Source: Octopus vulgaris (Eukaryota). From it: a DNA stretch of 64,000 nucleotides. A program made the translations under genes and the position numbers. This document shows positions 40,266 to 53,340 of the stretch, piece by piece (positions within the stretch are counted from its first letter, which is position 1; each line of letters opens with the position of its first letter). The stretch covers positions 4,154,001 through 4,218,000 of the forward strand of contig OX597829.1 of the NCBI GenBank assembly GCA_951406725.2. The letters run 5' to 3'. The notes under the pieces are model-generated. The model ran no database searches. It saw only the letters and a list, made by a program, of their open reading frames with translations, and was not told the DNA's origin.

Positions 40266-40830
40266 AATAATAATAATAAACATTGTGTACAGTGCTCAGG
40301 TGCACTACAACTCATCTAAAGTGTATATATAATCAGGTGTAGTTTCGACGGATTTCGGAAAGCATGAGGGCCTTAAAGGATGCAGTGTCATGGCAGTCAA
40401 CAACTGATGCAGGCAGTTTATTCCATGCTTCAGCAACTCTGAGTGTGAAGAAATGTTTCCGAAAGTCATGGGAGCTGTGTTGTTTTCTGACTTTGTAGGC
40501 ATTTCCACGTGTGTTAGACACATGGAGATCAAAAAGGTGTTCAGTGTTGTTATTGGTGAGGTGGTTGACAACTTTGTGGGCGTTTACCAAGTCCGTCGCC
40601 AGACGCCAGAGCTTCAGTGAATCCATGCCCAGGGAAACAAGGCACTCAGAATATGGTAGGTGTCTGATGGAGGGTATGCGTTTGGTTGCACGTCTCTGGA
40701 CAGATTCCAGGAGGTCAATGTTCTGAGCAAGATAGGGGTTCCAAACTGATGATGCGAATTCCAAGTGTGGTTGTACCATAGCTGTATACAGTTTTAAATA
40801 GATGGCTGGAGAGCGGCTAACAAAAGTCTT
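40266..40830 (-). mobile_element. CR1-like LINE 3' fragment (subfamily related to the 43-49 kb copies)
   Basis: ORF 40333-40779 (PHLEFASSVWNPY...VQRRATK...FFTLRVAEAWNKLP) and (ATT)n tail. Confidence 0.9.
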
Positions 40831-42113
40831 CCATCATCTGTCACAGCAGCGAGAAGGAGTTGGACACCAGCATTGTCAAAGCATTAAACTAGCCACAGTA
40901 AACAGTGAAAAACACTAAAAGATTTGCGAGCAAATTAAATATTTAAAAGCTATGAGCAAACCGACAGGAGTTGCTAGAAATAATAGTCAAAACATTAAAA
41001 TATTCGTGAGCAAAGTAAACAGTGAAGCAGGGGAAAAAACATTCGCGAGCAAATTAAATATGTAAAAGTTACAAGCAAATCAACATGAGTTGCTAGAAAT
41101 AACAGTCAAAATATTGCTTAAAACACATTTATTAGTTAAAAATTCAAGAACGAAAGTTTGCAATACACTCAAAGATTTTATAAAATAAATTATCTTTCTC
41201 ATATCTTCTTCTCCACATAAATTCTTGAAGATACAAGTCAACCATGGAATGGTGTGTCCCACACCGACGTTTGTTTCGATAAGGTAGACCACTGCTACTT
41301 GGAAGCCGCCCTTAAAGCGGCCGGTTTTGGACAAATCTTCAGAGGCTGGATTGCTGCAATGCACAGCGGCACAGCGGCACAGCGGCACATGCCCGGTGGT
41401 TAAAGTAAAGCGAACTCGTGCACACGATTTTCCTTGGTGTTTGAATTATTTGGATTAGTTCTCAAATTGCTGTGATACTATATTGGTTTCTAATTTTTGC
41501 ACAAGGGTGGGGTAAGTTGATTACATCGACATCAGTGTTCAACTGGCACTTATTTTATTGACCCCGAAAGGATGAAAGGCAAAGTCAACTTTGGCGACAT
41601 TTGAACTCAGATCGTAAAGATGGACGAAATGATGCTGTTATTGTTCTCTCTGTCAAAATTGTAATCTCGTTGTAAGGGAGGAAAACACTGCGCGTCATGG
41701 GAGATAGAAAAAAATTCTGCTGTTTCAAAAACTAGAGTTACTTCCCTTGCAATGTGATTAATATTTTAAAATTTAAATACAATAAAGTTGACTGCATTCT
41801 TCCCGACGGGCAAATGGCCTGACTAGTTAAGGTAACACAAAGACTGTTGTTTAGAATTTACGTTAGAGGATCTAGTAGGTTAAGAGCGTCGTCCATTGAC
41901 AATTTTTTTTTGTATAACAAAATCAAGAAATATAAATTTTTTTTTAATAATCTGCAAAACATTATACATACATACTCACACACAACATTTTCCACATTCA
42001 TCTCGCTGGTTAAAAACGCCGGCTACTGACAATTTTTTTGTGTGTAACAATATGAATTATTTTATTTTTTAAAAATAATCTGCAAAACATACATACATAC
42101 ATACATACATACA

Positions 42114-42147
<34 letters not shown>

Positions 42148-42848
42148 CATACATACACACACATCGCATTTTCACATTCATCACGCTGGTTCCATGTCGC
42201 ACATACTGTTCGGAACCATCATATATTAGAATATCATAGACGTAGTTCCCTATTTTCTGCCACAACTTTTTACCTGAGCATCAACTGTGACATGCAACTG
42301 CTCCTCTGAGTTTCTGATTTGAATGGGAGTTACAAAATCTTTGTTGCAACATCATTGGAACACATTTTTGTTGTCTGACATCTCAGAACTCACATTTTTA
42401 TATACTCTTTACTCTTTTACTTGTTTCAGTCATTTGACTGCGGCCATGCTGGAGCACCGCCTTTAATCGAGCAACTCGACCCCGGAACTTATTCTTTTGT
42501 AAGCCCAGTACTTATTCTATCGGTCTCTTTTGCCGAACCGCTAAGTAACGGGGACATAAACACACCAGCATCGGTTGTCAAGCAATATTAGGGGGACAAA
42601 CACAGGCACACAAACAAACACGCATGTATATATATATACATATATACGACGGGCTTCTTTCAGTTTCCGTCTACCAAATCCACTCACAAGGCTTTGGTCG
42701 GCCAGAGGCTATAGTAGAAGACACATGCCTGCCACGCAGTGGGACTGAACCCGGAACCATGTGGTTGGTAAACAAGCTACTTACCACACAGCCACTCCTA
42801 TTTTTGTAGAATTACCAATTTTTTCACCTTCTTCTCAAAAGTAAACTA

Positions 42849-43337
42849 CCGTAAATCCTCATGTATAGTCCGCATTTTTTCCCCAAAAATTTAAAGTTCA
42901 AAATCCCTAGTGCGTACTATATACGAAGTTAAAAATGAAAAATATTTTCTAAGTAATGTCCGAGTCTCTATTTGCTGTCCGGCAATGTTTATTCAGACGC
43001 ATTTTGTGATGTCGGGTGCGAAAATACCTTAAGCTAAGCCTGAAAGCAATGAAGTCATAAAAGAATCACCCATAACTTGCAGTAAGTAACATTTATTAAC
43101 GTTATTACTGTCATTTCTTTATTTTTTGCAAACAAAATGCACAAAAAAGCTACACGTTGCATTATATATACAATACTAATAAAGGACGTTACCGTACACA
43201 TTTTAAAAAACTAAGGATGTTATATAGACCTCCTTGAATCAAGTTAGAGAATGAGTGCGTACTATTCGCAAGCTTTACGTTTTTCACAGGTACAGCCCCC
43301 TAAAAATCCCCTGCGTATTATACTCAAGGATCTGCGG
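42849..43337. mobile_element. pogo/Tigger-type MITE
   Basis: TA|ccgtaaatcctcatgtata ... tatactcaaggatctgcgg|TA, with subterminal repeats of tgcgtactatat. Confidence 0.7.
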
Positions 43338-43349
43338 TATTTTTCTTTC

Positions 43350-46300
43350 TTGCTTAGCTGTTGCATGAATTAATAGCAATCGGAGTGCCGGAAGATGTGG
43401 CAGATCTGCAGGCATTCATTGGAAACACAGCTAGGGATCTCAGCTGTGTCCCTCCAAAAAGTGCTTCCCGCCTTGGCCGACCGGGATCCAAACCCAGGCT
43501 GATCTGGCTGTTGTTTACGGGCTATACTGAGGCGCGGACATTCCATCTGGCTGCTGACAGAGCTCGGCGTGACAACATTATCAACTTTAGAACACGTCCT
43601 GGCCTACCACCCGATGTACGCCCAAAGATAAGATCCGTGGCTTCCCTAAATCGCAACTCTGTGCCACGGTAGAGTTTTAGCCTCCGCGATGATGGGCAGA
43701 TCTGGAAATTCGTCAAGTCTGGTGAGTCGTGGATAAGGGATGCCAGTTGGACTGAGCAGACTACACCCACAACAACAACTGGCAATGCAAAAATCTTGGG
43801 AAACTAACCACGAACAATCAGCCATCCCCTGTATATCATCATCTGAATTCCAGATATAAACTGCTGTCCTTGAATGCCCGTAGCTTATGTAACAAGGTGC
43901 ATCTTTTTGTCTCCTACGTCAAAAGTATCAACCCAGATTTCATCACAGTCACGGAAACGTGGGCACACTCTGCACTCTGTGATGGAGTTTTCAGCATAGC
44001 ACAACCTGTTCCGCAAAGACCGCATTAATCGCCGTGGAGGGTGTGATGATTTATGTTCGATCAAGTCTATCGGCAATCCCGTGATGATTTGAACCAATCT
44101 CAGCAGGAGGTATTTTTCTGCAATGTACACATGACCATGTCAACACTTCTGCTCGGAGTCGTTTACCGTCCTCCAAATTATCGCCAAGACGCACAGCTTT
44201 TTGATATCCTCAGGGCGGCTGCCATGAAAACAGCCACATATGTGTATGTTGCGGGGGACTTCAATTTCCCTGAGATTGACTGGGAGGCCTTCCGTTGGCC
44301 GCAAAGTGCAGACGATTTCCTTGAACTGGTGCTGAATTCGAATTGGTCCCAAGTTGTTACCTCCCCCACAAGGGGTAACAACACTTTGGATCTGCTACTT
44401 ACCGCTTCTTCTGAAACAATCATTAGTGTCGCTACCGAAGAACCTTTGGGTAACTCTGATCATTCCATGATCATGGCCGACTTGTCTCTGATTGGTTGTA
44501 ACAAAAAACACAACCATCTTCAGATTGCCCGCTTTGACTGGAATAAAGCAAACTGGAGCTCTTATTGTACTGAGCTGCAACGCCCGAACTGGCGCGAATT
44601 TTATGCCTCTGGAGATGTGGACACTATACTCCAGAACATTCTGAATTCAATATGGGCAGCATGTGCAGCATCAGTACCACGCAAGCACAAAAAACCACCC
44701 AATGGTGCAATTTGGGAGACTGCGGCGGTCCGACTTGCCAGGAAGGAACGCCGTAATGCTGAATGGGAATACAAATTGCACAAATCAGAGAGCAACAGGA
44801 AAAAGCGCAATAGGTCAGCCAACCACCTCAAGCAGGTGACAAAAAAGGCAGTGCTTGAATTTGAACAACGCATTGCAGCTAACCCTGACAGCAAAGGGTT
44901 CTGGAATATGTGCACTCAAAGCAGAGACCCCACTCTCCTGTTGGTCCCCTTCGCAATCCCCACACAGGACAGATTACTGGCAATCCCGAAGAATGTGCAG
45001 AAATCATTGCTGGATGCTATGCCGGCATCTTTACTGTCGAAGACCAAAATGTTCCATCATCATCACCACTGACATCGGACTCTATATCTTCTATGCAATT
45101 TACACCAGCAATGCTGCAACGCCACCTAAAGAATAAACGCAATTATGCCTCTCCTGGTCTCGATGGTGTTACATACCTACTTCTCAAACGCGGTGGGTAC
45201 TTTCTTCTAAGCCAACTTTCTCTGTTCTTCCAATTCTGTCTTGACAATGGTGTTACTCCAGAACAGTGGAAAACTGCCAGTGTCATCCCTCTGTTCAAAA
45301 AAGGCGACCGCACATCGCCTGTCAACTATCGCCCGTCAGTCTTACCAGCTGCATCGCCAAACTGATGGAATCCTGTATCAGAGAAACCCTCTGGAACTTC
45401 TGGAAGTCTCACAGCCTCATCCAGCCGTCACAATTCGGATTTATTCCTAACTCCAGCTGCTGTAATCAACTCATCGAGTTTCTTGAGGATGTTACCCAAA
45501 CCACTGATCGCGGATCCTGGGTGGATGTTGTTTACCTGGACTTTGCTAAGGCTTTCAACTCTGTGCCACACAAAAGACTTATGGTGAAGCTTTCTGCGAT
45601 GGGTGTAAGAGACGAACTCTATAACTGGTTAAAGTCCTTTATTTTCGGCCGAAAAGAGGTTGTCACAGTTCTAGGACAGCACTCTTCGCCCTATGAGATG
45701 ACATCTGGTGTGCCGCAGGGATCTGTTCTTGGCCCCCTTTTATTTGTTGCATATGTTAATGACATAGATGCCAACTTAAAGAATGCCACAGTGCTGAAAT
45801 ATGCAGATGACATCAAGCTGTACCTCGAAATAAAGAGGTCAAATCCTATACACTATGGATCTCTATTGCAAGCAGACCTGGACACAATGCCACAGTGGAT
45901 CATGGACTGGCAACTCAAGCTGGCTGTGGACAAATGTACCACCATGCATTTTGGGAGGAGAAACCCAGCGTCCACCTACTCCCTCCACAACACTAGTCTC
46001 AAAAAGTCTTCAAGTGAACGTGACCTGGGTGTTATTGTCGACAGTGATTTGCGTTGGACAAAACACATCGCCAAAATTGTCAAGAAGGCTGAGGGTGTCT
46101 TGGCATCACTCACCAAATCCTTTGTGAGCCGCTCTCCGGCTATCTATCTGCGGCTTTATATAGCTATGGTAAGACCTCACCTGGAATTTGCATCACCGGT
46201 CTGGAACCCCTATCTTGCCCAGGACATCAATCGTCTGGAAGCTGTTCAGCGACGTGCAACCAAGAGAATGCCCTCCATCAGACATTTGCCATATCCTGAA

Positions 46301-46750
46301 CGCCTTACTTCCCTGGGCATGGACACATTGAAACTGACGTCTGGCAGCTGACTTGGCAGACACCCATAAAATTATCAACCATCGCACAAACAATAACTCT
46401 GAGCACCTCTTCAAACTCCACCCATCTAACACCCGTGGACATATTTACAAAGTAAGAAAACAGCACAGCTCCGATGACTTCAGGAAACATTTTTTCACGC
46501 TGAGAGTTGCTGAAGCGTGGAACAAACTGCCGGCATCGGTTGTTAGTTGTCGGAGCACTGCATCCTTCAAGACTTCCATGCTTCCTGAAATTCGCCAACA
46601 CTACACTTGATTTTCTCCCCTCCATACACACACAAGCATGTTCACTTTCCAGACATTTCTACATTACTGCATGTACTTTATATGCACTTTCTGACAAGTT
46701 GTGGTGCACCTGAGCACTGTATACAATAATTTCATTATTATTATTATTAT
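43350..46750 (+). mobile_element. CR1-like LINE: ORF1 3' part plus frameshifted ORF2 (APE endonuclease and RT)
   Basis: VYRPP, GDFNFP, LDLLLT, SDH (APE); YLDFAKAF, GVPQGSVLGP, YADD (RT); (ATT)n tail; several frameshifts. Confidence 0.95.
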
Positions 46751-47061
46751 AAAATCTCTTTACAAAATAGTTTATCTCATTATAAGGGCAGTAACTTTCG
46801 TTCGACAGTTTCGTAAATGTTATTTGAGATTACAATGTTACAATGAGATTACTATTTTTCTATTTATGACACAATGTAACACGTTTTGTTTATTTGTATT
46901 TTTTAATGTTCATATATGCATTTTTTGCCGCTAAATTCAAAAATCACATTCCCTTTGACGTTATTTATCTATTCCAAATTTCATATTTGCTCGTTTTATT
47001 TCTAAAATTTCTCTACAGCACTTCGTTGCTGCAATCTATTCTAGTATTGTAAGGATAATTA

Positions 47062-50000
47062 CACAACATTTAGTACTTTTTTATATTTTCAAAGGTATTT
47101 AATAAGTATAATATTAGAACAAAAAGAAACAATAAAACTCTACACTGTAAATGCCTTCATAACTCTTTTCTTAACATGAGAAGTGCTTTGACGATCGACA
47201 TTTTCTAGAGGGTATACCTTCATCTCTTATGACTAGAGACCATATATAATCTCCCATCATCTTTGGTATCTTCTTTCCATAGATGCCATGTATCTCATGA
47301 AATCTCTCACCATTCTCCTCACTGACATCACCCAAGTTTTCAGGGGAAAAAATCCAGGTGAGAAGGCAAAAAATGAACCATTTCTTCAAGTTTTCAATAA
47401 GCTTTGCTACCAGCTGTTTGTAATTAGGATCCTTGTGATTTCCTAGACACCCACAAACTACGTCGCAAAATGCACACAAGCTTCTTTTTCAACTTTTCTC
47501 ATCGCTCTTTTTAGGTTCTTCGACAAGCTTCTCCTCTGAAATCTAACGCCTTCACAAACTGTTTTAACAATCCGAGTTTGCTACGAAGTGAGGCTAATAA
47601 GATCTTAAAATAATAATAATAATAATAATGAAATTATTGTATACAGTGCTCAGGTGCACCACAACTTGTCAGAAAGTGCATATAAAGTACATGCAGTAGT
47701 GTAGAAATGTCTGGGTGTATGGAGGGGAGAAAATCAAGTGTAGTGTTGGCGAATCTCAGGAAGCATGGAAGTCTTGAAGGAAGCAGTGCTCCGACAACTA
47801 ACAACCGATGTCGGCAGTTTGTTCCACGCTTCAGCAACTCTCAGCGTGAAAAAATGTTTCCTGAAGTCATGGGAGCTGTGCTGTTTTCTTACTTTGTAAA
47901 TATGTCCACGGGTGTTAGATGGGTGGAGTTTGAAGAGGTGCTCAGAGTTATTGTTTGTGCGATGGTTGATAATTTTATGGGTGTCTGCCAAGTCAGCTGC
48001 CAGACGTCGGAGTTTCAATGTGTCCATGCCCAGGGAGGTAAGGCGTTCAGGATATGGCAAATGCCTGATGGAGGGTATTCTTTTGGTTGCACGTCGCTGA
48101 ACAGCTTCCAGACGATTGATGTTCTGGGCAAGATAGGGGCTATATACAGCCGCAGATAGATAGCCGGAGAGCGGCTCACAAAGGATTTGGTGAGTGATGC
48201 CAAGACACCCTCAGCCTTCTTGACAATTTTAGCGATGTGTTTTGTCCAACGCAAATCGCTGTCGACAATAACACCCAGGTCACGTTCACTTGAAGACTTT
48301 TTGAGACTAGTGTTGTGGAGGGAGTAGGTGGACGCTGGGTTTCTCCTCCCAAAATGCATGGTGGTACATTTGTCCACAGCCAGCTTGAGTTGCCAGTCCA
48401 TGATCCACTGCTGCATTGTGTCCAGGTCTGCTTGCAATAGAGATCCATAGTGTATAGGATTTGACCTCTTTATTTCGAGGTACAGCTTGATGTCATCTGC
48501 ATATTTCAGCACTGTGGCATTCTTTAAGTTGGCATCTATGTCATTAACATATGCAACAAATAAAAGGGGGCCAAGAACAGATCCCTGCGGCACACCAGAT
48601 GTCATCTCATAGGGCGAAGAGTGCTGTCCTAGAACTGTGACAACCTCTTTTCGGCCGAAAATAAAGGACTTTAACCAGTTATAGAGTTCGTCTCTTACAC
48701 CCAACGCAAAAAGCTTCACCATAAGTCTTTTGTGTGGCACAGAGTTGAAAGCCTTAGCAAAGTCCAGGTAAACAACATCCACCCAGGATCCGCGATCAGT
48801 GATTTGGGTAACATCCTCAAGAAACTCGATGAGTTGATTACAGCAGCTGGAGTTAGGAATAAATCCGAATTGTGACGGCTGGATGAGGCTGTGAGACTTC
48901 CAGAAGTTCCAGAGGGTTTCTCTGATACAGGATTCCATCAGTTTGGCGATGCAGCTAGTAAGACTGACGGGGCGATAGTTGACAGGCGATGTGCGGTTGC
49001 CTTTTTTGAACAGAGGGATGACACTGGCAGTTTTCCACTGTTCTGGAGTAACACCATTGTCGTTGGAATCTACTACAGGCTGTTTGACAACGTTTAACAT
49101 TCCTGGCTGCAGTTCCACTCTTGTAATGATCATCATCAGCTCTGCTGTTCCATAAGCAAATGAAACATGAATACTTTGTGTATCCCCTTTGTAAGCCGAG
49201 CAAGAATGCAAGCATCTTGAAATCACCACAAACATCCCACTTCAACTCAGCGTTATTTATTTTCTCAACAAGTTCTTTGACATTATCATAATTTTCTTTC
49301 TTCTGTATGGAGTGTGCAAGAGGCAAACAAGGATATTTATTTCCATTGTGGAGCAACACTGCTTTGAGACTTTGTGTTAACCTATCAATGAACGGTCGCC
49401 AGTCTGCAGAATCATGCTTCAGTCCAATAGCAGTAAACAAACCAATCACATCATTACAATAACACAGATCATATTTTCATATAAATTTCAAATTCTTCAT
49501 GGTCTTTCCAGTACACAGATGTCTTGCAGTCTTCCCCCAGTAGATTCCATTCCTTCAACCTTCATCTCTGAATAAATCATCTAGCTCACTCTGATTTGGT
49601 AAGTGAGACTCCAAAGTCGTTCTTCGTACAAAAGCTTCCCCATTTCTTGGCTGCTGCTACTTGTTGACTCTTCAATTGGAATATTTTATGGTGCTAGTGC
49701 TGCTCGTAAACTGTCATCATGTGGGACAGGTGCTCTAGATGATGGTATGTCTGGATACTGAAGAGCTTGTCTTCCTTTCACTTTTCTGTACTTTGTCACA
49801 TTGATCATACAAAAGTAGCAGTCATCGTGATGGTTCTTTGCCTCTCTCCACTCCCTTGCAATGGCAAAAGGTATTGACCTTCCTGTACCTCTTAACCATC
49901 ATTCTAGAGTAGACTGACAGCTTCCACATATCACATGTGGGGGCCCATGGTTTTTCCTGGTCACCCATGAGCATTCCAAAATAGAGTCTGTTTGCTATCC

Positions 50001-50331
50001 ACAATTTTTCACCTTTCACAATCTCATGTAATACCTGCTTTTTTTCCAATATAATAACCACACACATAGCAAAATGTATCTGCAGAATTTTTACATACTC
50101 TAGTAGCCATCCTGAAATTAGCAAAACTTAGTAATTATTCTCAAAGAAAAAATTAGACATATATTTAGTAATACCGAATATAGAATAACATTCAAAGTCG
50201 ACATTTTTTTAAACTGTTGATGATACACACACACACACAAAAAAAAAAAGAAATTCATTTTTGGAATCAGAAGAAAAAAATGGATTGATAAACAATAAAA
50301 AAAATACAATAAAAAAGTTTCTTATGTTGTG
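47062..50331 (-). mobile_element. Chapaev3-like (CMC superfamily) DNA transposon, decayed and interrupted by a LINE
   Basis: TIR cacaacat...acttttttat at both ends, flanked by TTA/TAA. Remnants YFGMLMGDQEKPWAP, LLHNGNKYP, CGDFKMLAFLLGLQRGYTKYSCFICLW, NLGDVSEENGERFH. Family assignment is from memory of these motifs. Confidence 0.75.
47608..49061 (-). mobile_element. 5'-truncated CR1-like LINE, near-identical to 45243-46750
   Basis: RT region nearly identical in protein sequence to ORF 45266-46351, with (ATT)n tail at 47608-47629. Confidence 0.95.
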
Positions 50332-52619
50332 TAACCCGAAAAATTCAAATTATTGCTCACAGGCATATGGCATAGTCATTAGCAGTGCCGGCTACTAACC
50401 CCAACATTTCGATTTGAGGTGGTGAACTTGATAATAACATCGTGAATCAGCTGGGTAATAAAATCAATAGACAAATATAATTCTTTTTATTTTTATGATA
50501 ACCTGCTAAACACGATATATACACATCACATTCAACTCGGCTCTGTTATTTACACAATTCTCCCTGATATTTTTGTCACTTCTTCCTAGTTACAAGTCGC
50601 ACATGCTGTTCGGAACCATCGTATTGCAGATTAAAATATCCTGGACGTAATTTGCTTGTTTTCTACCATAACTTTTTCACTGAACCTAAATTCTTTGCAA
50701 CTATAACATGCAACTACTCCTCTGAATTTTTGACTTGAATTACAGCTAAAAACTCTTCGTTGCAACATCATTTTATTTACCCAACAAAGAACGTGAGTTC
50801 ATGGCTCTTTCTTGCAACAGCTTCACATAGAAGCCCCAGCCCATATAAAGTGCCTTGGATCGCAGGACGGCCTGCTGTGCTTGAGGAGACCTATTGAGTC
50901 AAGTACATCAACATCAAAAATCAAATGGAAATTGTACTTGTGATGCTTGTGCTGGTCACACGTAAAAGGCACCATCTGAACGTGGCAGATGCCAGCGCCT
51001 GGCCCCTGTGCTGGTGGCACGTAAAAAGCACCCACTACACTCACAGTGTGGTTGGCGTTAGGAAGGGCATCCAGCTGTAGAAACACTGCCAGATCAGACT
51101 GGAGCCTGGTGCAGCCTCCTGGCTTCCCAGACACCGGTCGAACCGTCCAACCCATGCTAGCATGGAGAACGGACGTTAAACGATGATGATGATGTATCTA
51201 TGCAAGATATAATATTTGTCTCTTTTATAGAAACAAAAGGGCTGACAGGACTCCATAAAGGAGTGCTCAAATGAGACAAAGATGAATAAACATTGGTCAT
51301 AAAACAAACATTAAATTCCAGTCAATGACTTAATATATAACATCATACCTCAAATATTTAATCATATATAGATATCACCATTGTATAAAAAGATATACAT
51401 ATACATAAAAACACAGAAGATAAAAATATATATGTGAATATCAAAAAGGTAAATAAACGACTAAAAATCCAAAAGTGTGCCATACTACCAAAAGACAAAA
51501 ACACCCATAAACTAAGATACAATATCAAACAACTAAGAATGTTTTATCAAATGATTAAAAATCTTAAAAAAAATTTTTTTTTTTACCTGACACAAAGTAC
51601 GTCCAAAGTTCATATAGGCAAACAGACTTCCACAAGGTCAATTCAAATATACCGATGGCCATTTCGTGTCATCACTGTGGTTCAACTACACCAAAGTGCA
51701 TCACGGCAATGACACCCTCGTGGGACAAGAAACAGGAATATCTCTTTATTTTAGGCATAAATCCTCAAAGAAGAGGGGAAATCACAAGGACAGACAACAC
51801 AAACGTGGGGTACATAAAACATCGAATATAATATGAATATAATGAATAAGAAAGAATGCAATGGCTTACCCACTCCCCAAAGTAAGCAGTTCCATTTTAC
51901 TGTTCCAATAAATCGAAATTTTATCAGTCTTTTATACGATTTTACATATTTCGCATGTAATCCGTCAAGTCATCAAACTCCTCAACATTTGGTAATGTCT
52001 CGTATTGAAAGTACTGTCCAGTTTTCCTTATTCTTGTTCCGAACAATTCCGCCAATTTCTCGACTCTCTCTCTCTCCAACAGTACTGCTCTTTCCTCGCT
52101 ACCAAACACCTCTTCATCCAGTCTTACTCTTATTAAATTCTTCACCTTTGCAATCTTTTCCTCAATTCCCACATTCTTATCACCACCCTGCATTTTCTCC
52201 GAAATTTGTTTATGTTTGTAATTTTTTTTTTTTTTTGTGTCAAAAATCCCCATTTTCGGATATAGAGGTTCCGGAAAATTGCCAAAAATCGGCATTGTGA
52301 AATTTTGTGTCCCCCCCCCCCGCCCAACTTCTTCAATTTTGACTTTATTCCCCACATATTGACTGCGGCTAAAACAAATCGATCCCAGGACTTATTCCTT
52401 GTAAGCCTAGTACTTATTCCATCGGTCGCTTTTTGCCAAGACGATCAGCTTCGTCAACATAAACACACCGACATCGGTTGTCAAGCGTGCTGGTGTTGAG
52501 GGGGGGGGTGACTAGCACACACGCACTCTCACACATACACAGGAAGATTTCCATATAAGAGATTTGACTGCTGTTTCTTGCATATCCAGATTTCATTGCA
52601 TTTTTTTAGCAGTCCACCC

Positions 52620-53340
52620 TCCTAGAAATCGTCCTACATGCTCTGCTAGAAACAGCAGTCAAATTCTTTGGATCTTCTAGAAATAGCTATCAAATTCCTT
52701 GGATATGCTACAAATAGCAGTCAAATTCTCTAGGATTTACTAGAAATAGTAGTCAAATCTGGATCTGCTAGAAATAACAGTCAAATTCCTTGGATATGCT
52801 AGAAATATCAGTCAAATTTGGATCTGCTAGAAATACCAGTCAAATTCCTTGGATATGCTAGAAATAGCAGTCAAATTCTCTTGGAGAAATAGTAGTCAAA
52901 TCTGGATTTGCTAGAAATAGCAGTGAAATCTCTTGAATTTGCTAGAACGAACAGTCAAGTCTGGATCCGCTAGGAACAGCAGTCAAATCTCTTGGGTCTG
53001 CTAGAAATAGCAATGAAATCTCTTGGATCTCTTAGAACGAACAGTCAGATTTGGATCTGCTAGAAACAGCAGTCAGATCGCTATGGTCTGCTAGAAAAAA
53101 TCTCTTATATCTGCTAGAAATAGCTGTGAAATCTCTTATATCTGCTAGAAATAGCAATCAAATTTTGGATCTACTAGAAACAGCAGTCAGATTTCTTAGG
53201 TGTGCTAGAAATAGCAATCAAATCTCTTGTATCTGTTAGAACGAGCAGTCAAATCTGGATCTGCTAGAAACAGCAGTCAAATCTCATGCATATGATAGAA
53301 ATAGCAGTCAGATCCCTTGGGCCTGCTAGAAAAAGCAGTT
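52620..53340. repeat. Minisatellite, 28-31-bp unit
   Basis: More than 20 units resembling ggatctgctagaaatagcagtcaaatctctt. Confidence 0.92.

Noticed and set aside
45266-46351. Domesticated reverse transcriptase gene
   Set aside because: Frameshifted LINE with near-identical dispersed copies and a simple-repeat tail.
52620-53340. CRISPR-like array (also 4617-5105)
   Set aside because: Units are contiguous with no unique spacers, there are no cas genes, and the context is eukaryotic.
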